Positions 12,834 through 22,651 of a stretch of 64,000 bases of DNA are shown in pieces. Origin of the DNA: Geosiphon pyriformis uo1 (lineage: Eukaryota; Fungi; Glomeromycota); assembly GCA_016748015.1 (NCBI GenBank), contig JAAOMT010000046.1, forward strand, positions 768,697 to 832,696, written 5' to 3'. The position numbers and the translations under genes are program-made. Position 1 is the stretch's first letter. Every line of letters begins with the position of its first letter. The notes under the pieces are model-generated. The model was not told the origin of the DNA. It was given only the letters and a program-made list of their open reading frames with translations, and did not search any database.

Positions 12834-14897
12834 TTAATATTGAGCTCCATTAAAATCTAACTCTGTTAATTTCTCTTCTTAAAGTATTTCCTGAATTTTA
12901 TTTTCGAGAATTACTTGTGTTATTTGAGTCTGTAATTCTTCAAATTGAGTGTTAGTAATCTTTCCTAATTGATTACTGATAACCGTATCCATTGCTTTGT
13001 TGAGTAAAATTTCTGGTTGATCCTGAAATACTGTATGTATTCAGTATATGGCTCAGGCCTGTGTGGATAAGTTGTTCTTTCCCACAAAATGTTCTAATTA
13101 TTGTAGTATTTTTGTGTCAAATAATCGTTTTGTTTTATCCATATATAGATTCTGGATATTCACATGTTGTCCCAAGTAAAAATAACAATAGTTTCTTGGA
13201 AATTGTTGTATCCACCAATTCCAAGTTTTTTTAGTTAATTCTTAGTATAGTGACTCTTTTGTCGATTCTTTTATTGCTAATTTTACTTTTACAATAATTT
13301 TGTCAATGATATTTTCTGTTTTCTTCTGTGTTCTATGTGGCAATGTCTTTCTTATGTCTTGATATCAGATGGTTTGTTGATTAATTGTAATTTCCATCTC
13401 TTGGTGTTGAATCAATTAAAAGAGTTATTGTGCTAGTAAGTGGATGTTGTTTGTAATTTCCATTTTTCTGATATTTCTTGTCACATCTATCATGTCTTTA
13501 TATATTTTTTTGATGGATTAATTTAATGTGTTGTTGTCAATGATGATGATTGGTTCCAGATCTTGTGAAATCTTCTCTGGTTGGACTAATATCTTCTGTA
13601 CTCCTAATTGTGGAATATTACTGGTGAATGGTAATGTGATGTTGTGGTATGGTTTCAGTCAATCTCTATGTGCTGCTTTGGTAAGATTTTGTTATCCAGT
13701 CTTAATTTGTAAGCTCTATTCCCTAGAATTTCTTTTATGTGAAATGGTCCATCTCATTTGGGGTCAAATTTTCCACTCCATTGTTTTTCTACTTTGGTAT
13801 GATGTAAGAGTACTTTGTCTCCAATCTTGAATTCAACTGGTTTGTCTGGTAGTTGATTATCATGTCTTTTTTTTTGTTTCTTTTGTGACTTTTGTATATT
13901 ATCAGCTGCTTTTCTTCGTTTGTTTTTCAATGTTTCTATTAAGTCATATGTTCTTCTTAACAATGTTTCTTAGAAATTTTCTTCTGTTATTGGTTCAGTT
14001 GGATATGTGTTAACCTCTATCTCAACTGGTACTGTTGCTGTTCTACCATATATCAATTCAAATAGTGTTGCTTGTGTGATGTCTTGCTTCATTGTCCAAT
14101 AAGCAAATAATACTGATGGTATGAACAAATCTCATTCATCTTGGTTTTCTTGGCTGAGTTTTGCTATTGCTTCACACAATGTTCTATTAAATCTTTCAAC
14201 TAATTCATTGGTTTGTGGATGGTATGGTGATAATAGTGGTCTCTTAATTCCGAATCTTTGGCTTAGTTCTGCTAATGTTTTATTTACAAAATGGGTTCCT
14301 TGGTCTGATAATAGTTTTTTTGGACATCTATATCGACAAATCAGATTTTGATGGACAAATTTGGCAACGGATTCTGCATCCACTCTTTGAATTGCTTTGG
14401 CTTCTGGTCATTTAGTAAGATATTCCATGACTACTGCAATATATCTGTTGCCTCTGCTGGTAATTGTCAATGGTCCAACTAAATCAATTCCAATATAATC
14501 AAATAGTTGTCCCACTTTGATTGGTCTCAATGGTTCACTGGGTCTTGTTCCTTTTCTTTTTTAACAAGCATCACAATTTTGCACATATTGGATGATGTTT
14601 GGATACATTAATGGCCAATAGTATCTCTTTCTGGTTCTTTCTATGGTTGCTTCTTTATGAAAATGTCCTGCAGTTAAATCTGAGTGCATGTTGAACAGTA
14701 TTATCTCCTTTTCTGGTTCTGTAATTACTCTGATTGGTTGATCTGAATCTTTTTTATTTTTCTGATAAAGTATATTTTGGTAAGTGATAAAATATTTAGA
14801 TTGTTGTTTGATCCTCTTTTGTTCCGGTTGAGATAATTTCTCCTTGAACTGTTAAGTATTTATATAATGTTGAAGTTGTTAATATTTGTGTGTTCAT
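12834..14897 (-). pseudogene. E3 integrase ORF (HHCC, DDE, GPF module) plus ~227-codon C-terminal extension
   Basis: MHSDLTAGHF, CDAC, LSDQGTHF, LVERFNRTL (14132-14383), FKIGDKVLL..GPFHI (13754-13963), in-frame extension ending FNGAQY-stop at the PPT. Confidence 0.88.
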
Positions 14898-14958
14898 CTT
14901 TTGTTATATTTTCGTGAGTATTGTTTTGGTTTTGTTATATTTTTGGGTTGAAATGTTC

Positions 14959-17900
14959 TTAGATTTGTTTTATTCACAACAAACCATTGGCATTTTTATT
15001 GTCTTTTTCTTTTTTATAATGTATGGTATAAGTATATGTCAAAAGAGCCATTTTTTATCTTGACTGTTTTCCATCTTCAAATTCTTGTTTTTGGAGTGAT
15101 GTCAATTCTTTGTGATCTGTATACATCTCAAACTTTTGGCTCAAGTATTCTTTCCATTTCATAACTGCCTAATAGATTGCTAGATGTTCTAATTCTGGTG
15201 TTCTATAGTTCTTTTCAGCTGGAGTCAAACCTCAGCTGGCATATGTGACTGAATGTTTGCTTCCATCTGGTTCTCTCTAAAATAGTACTGCTCCCAATGC
15301 TTGACCTGATGCATTGGTGGTGATAATAAATGGTTTACTATGATTTGGATAGATCAATACTAGAGCTTGAATAAGCTTTCTTCTTAAGATGTCAAATACT
15401 TTTTGCTGGGTTTCAGTCCATTCATACTTTGCATTTTTGGTTTGAAGATCATTAAGTGGTTGTGCTATCTTTGAAAAGTTCTTTATAAAACATCTATAAT
15501 AGCTCATAAATCTCAAGAATAATTTCAGCTTGGTTACATTGATTGGTATTGGAAAGTTCTTTACTATCTCTATTTTCTCCAGATCTGTTTTTATGTCGTC
15601 TTTGCTAACTATGTGTCTCAAGAATTTTAGTTTTGTTTTGCCAAAAAAACACTTTGTTGCATTTAATTTTAATCCTGCTCGTTGTAGTCTTTCGAACACT
15701 TGTTGGAAATGATGTAAATAATCATCAAATGTTTTTGAAAACACATTGGTATCATCCAAGTATACAACTACTGATTTCCATAATAAGCTAGTATACACAA
15801 TTTCCATTAGCCATTGGAATGTAGCTAGAGCATTGGTTAAGCCGAATGACATAACTTCAAACTCAAAGTTTTCCTCTCTTGTGGTAAATGCTATTTTTTC
15901 TTTGTTGGCTGGATCTATGACTACTTGCCAGTAACCACTATCTAAGTCTAATGTTGAGAACCATTTGTTTCCACCAAAAGCATCGAATAGTTCTTGTATC
16001 TGTGGAGTTGGATAGCTGTCTCCATGAGTTACATTATTGAGTTTTTTGTAGTCTACACAAAATCGGATTTTTTTATTCTTCTTACAGACAAGTACTACTG
16101 GTAATGACTATGGGCTCATTGATGGCTGAATTAACCCATTGTCAAGTATTTGGTTGATCTATTGATGGATGATTTCATGGCTGGCTGGTGGTACTTTATA
16201 TGCTTGCTGTTTGATTAGCATTGCATTTCCAGTCTTGATCTGATGCTGGATAATATCAGTTTTGCTAAATTCATTTTCACTGGCAAAGATATCATTGAAA
16301 TTATTGAGTAACATCTTTAGTTGTATTTGTTGAAGTGGGTCTAGATTTCCCATGTTCATTTGTTCCAATTGTTTTGGCTGTAACAGATAATATTTGTTTC
16401 ATCCATAGATGGTTTGTGATGTAATGTTCACATATTCACAAAGCTGTGGAAAATCTGGAATGCTGCTTGGTGCTTGATCTTCAATTTCTGTGGTTAAATA
16501 TCTGAGAGTGGTTTCTTCTGGTATCTCTACAACATTTCTGGTGTTGTTATAGATGAGAATTTTAATATGATTATGGCTTTTGGCTGGTATGTGTAGATTG
16601 ATAAGTCCAATTTCTCCTGATTCACAAAAGGTTGTTTTTGCTTCAAAAATCTGTTCTTGTTCTTTCTCTCTCTTTTTTATTGCTAACATGTATCAGCTAT
16701 ATGATAGAATGGAAATTGTTTGACCAGTTGAGATAATTTCTCCTTGGCCAATAATTTCTTCTTCCACCATATTGACTAGTACATCTATTCTACCTGTGGA
16801 TCCGAATTTCTGTATCCCTCTTGCTGTTATCCCTAATTCTTCTTTGTTTCCCACTGGCACTAATTGAGCTACTTTAATCAGAAGCAAGAATATTGCCTGT
16901 GCTATTTTTTTGTTTGGCTCTATAATATAGACCTTTTCTGAGTCATTTTGTAGCATGGCGATGATATTTTCTACATATCCTGCATCAATTATTCCTCCTC
17001 TGATATTTATCCCTCTTTTCACTAGACTACTCTTAGATGCTAATTGAACCATTGTTGTTGCTGGAATTTCCAGTGCTATTTTCAAATCAATGTAGGTGCA
17101 TGAATGTGATTCCAATTTGATAGCATCTTTTTCTGAATATCTCAGATCAAACCTGGCATCAGTATCATGTGTGTATTCTGGCATAATACTTTTATTGTTA
17201 TCACTGAACCATTTAAGTTCTTGTTTCTTTGTGAGATCAGGGATTGCGATATATTGTTCATATTTTAAATCAAAGTTGAAATCTGAGTTGGAATTATTAT
17301 TGTCGTTATTGTCATATTGGATGGAGCTGGAACTGGTGTTTTTGTTATTGTTATTGTTATTGTTGGAGTTTGAATTGGGATTGAATGGTGATTCCAATTC
17401 CAATGTGCAGCTGCTGATTGGTTCTTCCTCTTCTGGGATTGTGTAGATCATGTGTGGTGGTAGATTGTAAATGAGGTCACACTCATTACAATACTCAAAA
17501 TCACTGGGGATTAAACAATGATAACACAGTTTTGTATTTAATTGTTCTAGCCATTGCTTTTGTTCTTCTCTAGTGGGAGCTAATTCTTGGTAGTGTTCAT
17601 GGAATTGTTCTTGATCTAAAAGATTTATGACTGGTTCTGGGTCTCAATCAAGTTCTATGAATTCTGGTGAGTTGTTTTTAACTGTTCTGATTTCTTCTGG
17701 CAACACATCTTCGATTTTGGCAAATGCCATTCGCCATATTTCATTGTTGTTGTGTGGGCAACTGTCCAATCAATGCATAACTTTTTTCCAAGCAGCTTTG
17801 ATTGGTGTCTCTTTCCTAACCCAGTCACTAATAAAAATTGTGTATTAGCATGATTCATCACACATTCCCCCTCTCCCAGGAATGTCATTCCACATTTCTT

Positions 17901-20900
17901 TGTCAAGGAGAGTTTTTCCACAAGCTAAACATGATGTATTATCCCATTTTTCTACTTGTTTTGGTCTTTCAAAGTGTTCAACAAGGCATGCGCAGCAATA
18001 AAACTTAGTTGTCGTCTGGTATTCCTTATTGTCACCACAGCATATGCCCATTGATGACAATTTTTTGCCACAATTAACACATATTAACTTTGAACAATAA
18101 TAGGTAGATTATTGTGGTATAGTGTAGGTATAGAGATTATAAGTGGTGGTGGTTACTTCTTTTTTTTTTTTTCCTTTTCCCTTTGTGTTTTTTTTCTCCC
18201 ATACCCAGCTTGTTGTTGGTTTGCTTTTGTCATGGTCAGTTCAGGTCAAATTGTCTGTCTCTTAGGTAGGTTCTTCTCTTTGTTTACTCTTTCTGTTGTC
18301 ATCTCATGAGAGTATTAGTGGCAGTTTGTTGTGTTCTTCATCAGCCCATGAGACTTGATATGATTCTTAGATAGGTTTTGGTTTGTCTTCTTCGAAGTCA
18401 ATTAGTGGTGTTGTGGTGTTAGTAGCCTTAAAGTGACCACATGTTGCTGGTACTCACGTGTGTTGACCATTTTGGCTCAGCTAAAGTTCTTACATGTTCC
18501 AATCTAGTGTCGCATTAGTCTTGGACAGCCAGTCATTCTCAATGAGTGCTTGGTATTGAGTGGCTTCCATTACCAGAATTTTGATGGGTACTACGATGCC
18601 ATTGACTTTAATTGGGAAATTATCGATCTCTCCAATGGGTGTTTTGGTCATTCCATTGGCTGTAATAATCCTGGTGCTGGCAGCACAATTAACTCGGCAA
18701 CCTAATTGATCCATGAGTTGTCATGTGATGATGCTGTCTGCTGAACCACTGTCAAGAATTAATTTGATGGAGTGGTCATCGACTTTGGCATCTGTATACA
18801 TGGCAGTAATCGGTTTCTCTTCAAATGCAGCTTCACTGAATAATGGCACATCTGACAGTTTTTCAAGTTCAAATGGAAAGATAACATCCAACAATTCATT
18901 TTCAGTGATTATAGCAGGTGGAATATTATTGGTAGATGGTTGTTGTTGTTTAATTCCTGGATTGCTGGATGTGGTGCCTTTTAGAGTCACCAGAAGGCTT
19001 AAATAGTGTTGGGAATTCGGGTTTTAGGTGAGACTGGTGCCCGAATTCTGCTGACAAAATCCTGATTGTTGGTGAAAAGAGCTGGGGATTGGTTGATGTA
19101 CAACTATTGCCAATCTCTAGTTTTGGGTAATCCTTGATTTTGGGTTCCCTGATGTCATTTGAGCTGGATTTGCTGGTGGTGTTTGAATGGTGGGTGTTTG
19201 ATAGATTACTGGTGGCTGCAGTTGATATATTATTTGTGGCTATGCCTGATAAATTGCTTGTGGCTGCAGTTGATAAACTGGAGTTTAATGAATTGGTGGT
19301 TGATAAATTGGTTGGTGTGTTATAGGCAGATAAGTGGGTTGGTATTGGTTTTGATTCAAGTGATGGTTTGGAGTCTGGAACTGGCAATCAGGGTTTCTAT
19401 ATTGATTTCCCAATTGTGAATTGCTATAAGTATGGCAGTTGGCTCTGATGTGCCCTTGTTTACCACAGTTGTGGTAGACATGCATCTCTGGCTGCCATAA
19501 CTGATTGAATGACGACAATGAATGTGACTGATTTTGGAAACGATTTGCATTTCTCTGATTGTTATGCCATTGAGAAGGTTGATAAATCATGTGAGTGTTA
19601 GCTAAGTATCCCTCTAATTTCTGATTAATTGAATCACTGAATTGCTTCAATTTGGAATTTAACTCAGATGATCCATTCATTGCTAGATTCACAGCTTGAG
19701 CATAATTAGCTTCTAGTTCAGCTGCTTCAAAATCCCTGGCATAGGTGACTGTAGTTGGAAGGTCTACTGGGTGCATTGGATGTACTTGTTGTAGGATACT
19801 ACTGCACAATCCTCTAATAAATTGATTTAAAATTTGTGGCACTGTGAAATAGTTGGCTTGGATGGCTTGTATTTGGCATAGATTTCTATGGAAGCGTCCC
19901 AAGTAGGTAGTAACTGCTTCAGTGTCTCCTTGTCTGATCATTGTAAAGGTGTTGGCTAATTTGTTAATACTATTATTGTTGCTAAAGTATCACAAGAATT
20001 CAGTTTTGAATCCATTAAAATTTTGGGTTTTGACAGTAAGGTTTTAATACTATTTATTAGCAGTATTCTGGAAAAAATAAGAGATTGCTTGCATCGCTCT
20101 AGCATCATCCCAATTATTGGCTGTAATGGCTTTGGCTACGTCATTTAACCAGACTTGGGCATCATCTTCTTCACTATTGAATTTGTCGAGTTTTACGATG
20201 GGTGCGTAAGCCATTTGTTATTGCTATGGTGGTGGAAGTTGTTGTTGTTGTTGAGGTGGTACTGGTGGCGGTTATTGATTTTGTTGGTTTTCAGGATTTG
20301 AATTGTTCTGATTTGATGGTGTTTGAATATTCAGAGTGTTATTTTCCTGATTGTTTAAATTTGGCTGGGTTTGAAAGTTCAGAGTTTTACTTTCTGGGTT
20401 TTCTAAGATCGGGTTTTGGTAAGTAAATTTATGATTCTCAAATTCTTTTTCTTTTTCTACTTCTTGTCTTCCTTCTGATTCAGTAATTTCTCACAAACTT
20501 ACAGTTCCAAAATTCAGTTAAGGTGGCAGTGATCAAAATCCTGATGGCATCGGCAATCGAGATTTAAATCCTTCAAAATACTCGCCATATAGTCCTAGTA
20601 AATTTTCTTTCCTTTGTTTAGTTTGAAATGGGAAATGTCTAAATGTTGATGTCGCATTTGATGCAGATATGTTTGTTGATAATATATTGATAGCACTTCC
20701 AAGGGTATAGTGGTAAGATGGGTTGTTTGGTGACTTAACTCTAGTTTTTTTCCAAGTGGGTGGTTGTATTCTTTGAAGTGTTACTGCTGGTGTTTGTAGT
20801 TTTCCTTTGCCTTTACTTGTGTAAATAATTGGGTATCTTTGCTGTGTGTGGTGTTCAATTTCTTTGTTGATTTCAGTGATGATGGATGCGAAATTATGAT

Positions 20901-21180
20901 TTGTGGATAGGCTGGTGTTTTGAATTAATTCATTGTTAAAAGTTTCTCTCACTGATTCAATATTCATGGATGTTCCTAACAGATAGGCAATCTTTTCGTT
21001 GATGTAAAAATTGAAAGCTGATTCTGCTGATATGTGATTATGGGTTAATCCCAAATGTTAACAGTAATGTTGAAATAAGGATTTTGTGAATCTTAGATAG
21101 TTTGCTCTGATGTTTTCTGATTTTGCCACTTTTGGATAGAGTTGTTGGTGCTGGTTCTCTGTAGGATTATACCTCACAGG
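14959..21180 (-). pseudogene. E3 gag-pol ORF1: extended Gag, capsid, CCHC knuckle, protease, Cys-rich domain, dUTPase, RT, RNase H
   Basis: Fragments 20533-21054, 19285-19941 (HNCGKQGHIRANC), 18721-18990 (LDSGS), 17845-18060, 16693-17451 (dUTPase), 15277-15852 (YLDD) share one frame and are broken by point-mutation stops. Confidence 0.9.
16790..17210 (-). pseudogene. dUTPase domain of E3 (homologs at ~3000-3420 minus and ~10300-10730 plus)
   Basis: Five dUTPase motifs in order: ARFDL, SKSSLVKRG, GGIIDAGYVENI, IAQ, RGIQKFGSTG. Confidence 0.92.
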
Positions 21181-21188
21181 AAGCACCA
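21171..21188 (-). promoter_or_regulatory. tRNA primer-binding site of E3 (likely elongator tRNA-Met; Ile-UAU possible)
   Basis: TGGTGCTTCCTGTGAGGT 2 nt from the LTR end; equivalents at 7011-7028 and ~27794-27811. Confidence 0.8.
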
Positions 21189-21190
21189 AA

Positions 21191-22034
21191 TGTTATAAGT
21201 GACTATTTTTGGTGTTGGATTAAATAACCAACCTGTAACTTGGTGCTAAAAGTTATTTGCATTGATGTTATTAATCTGAAGGTTTTGTATCTGAAGGTTT
21301 CGGTTTAAGTTTTTTGTATAATGGACAGAGATTTAATAGTGGTTTTATCTATAGCTTCCCAGAATTGCAATTCTGTCAATTTTTCTCTCGATGTGATGGC
21401 CAGCAATCCTCTGGTAAGTATTCTGTATCTTCTGTACATGTCCTACTCTCTCACAGGGGTCTTTTACCAGGCAATCCTTGACGTCAATAATTTAGCACTT
21501 TATTCAACCAATTAGTGCACAACAATAAAATCAAAATATAATAAAGAAAAGAAATAAAAAAAAATCATAAATAAGCCAAGATAATTTTGCAAGTCAGTAT
21601 TTCATCAATAGCCGTGATTAAAAGCTATTGTTCCAGTGTGTTTAAGTATCAATTATTATTAACATAAAGTGTTGATAGTAGAATTAGGTTTGAGATACCA
21701 AATAGTTATTTATTGTGTTGGAAAGTTGTCTAGATGAAATCTAAACTTTGAGATTCCTTTTTTTAGTTTCTAATCCTACTGTTATATATACATAATTGAG
21801 ATTTCTCAATTCCTCAATTCTTTACAACAGAAATCCTAAGATTCCTGGAATTCTGCAATTTCTTTGAGAGAAATCCTGAAATTCTGGAATCCTGCAATTC
21901 CTTGTGAGAATCCTGTAATTCCTGGAATTTTGCAATTCCTGAGAGGAATCCTGGAATTCCACATTTTATTATGTTTACTTCTGATTGGTTAATAACTATG
22001 CTAATATATATTCCCTATATTTCTATGAGTAACA
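21191..22034 (-). repeat. 5' LTR of E3 (844 bp) with GGAAT(T)CCT-type U3 array
   Basis: Matches 11976-12820; tandem array ~21805-21962; TATA-like tatatata. Confidence 0.95.
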
Positions 22035-22651
22035 CCACCAACTTAACAGAATTATGAGCATTTTTAGAATTTGCAAGTTACTACTGTCATTTTATCAAAG
22101 ACTTTTCCAAACTGGCTCAGTTATTACACCAGTTCCAAACAAAAAACACTAGATATGAATAGACAGAAACTCAGTAAGAAGCTTTCAATACATTAAGAAG
22201 AAAGCTTATTTAAACTCCAGTACTGATCTATCTGGATTATAACAAGTCATTTATAATTACAACAGATGCATCTGGTCAAGCATTAGAAGCAGTACTATCT
22301 TAGAAAGAACCAGATAGATGAGAATACCCAGTAGCTTATGCCAGCAGAAGCTTAAGTTCAGCTAAAAAAAACCATGGAACTCCAGCACTAGAACATTTAG
22401 CTATTTATTGAACAGTCATAAAATGGAAAAAATACTTGAATCAAAAGTTTAATATATACACTGATCATAAAGAATTGACTTCAATCCAGAAGCAAAAATT
22501 TGGAGATAATTACTATACTAGATGGAAAATAGAACTTTCACTATTTAATTATACAGTACATTACAAAAAAGGAAAAAAAAATGTAAATGCCAATGGCTTG
22601 TCACAAATGAGACAAATCTAAAAACATTTTACCCCAAAAATATAACAAAAG

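Larger units (their letters stand above)
11976..22034 (-). mobile_element. Complete Ty3/Gypsy LTR retrotransposon E3 (10,059 bp) with 4-bp TSD CCAC
   Basis: Paired LTRs 11976-12820 and 21191-22034; CCAC at 11972-11975 and 22035-22038; removing E3 restores the E2 RT frame (F-L-V-P-T-N-L-T-E-L); PBS 21171-21188; PPT 12821-12835; all domains present. Confidence 0.96.

Noticed and set aside
12834-13520. Calling the post-integrase region env or a chromodomain
   Set aside because: No signal peptide, TM helix, furin site or chromodomain aromatic-cage pattern visible
18950-19387. 145-aa S/T/N-rich ORF overlapping gag (also 25804-26025), suggesting a gag-pol frameshift
   Set aside because: Gag and protease are already in one frame (..NSQHYLSLLVT..); the alternate frame likely stays open because it has few stop-prone CAA/CAG/TGG codons
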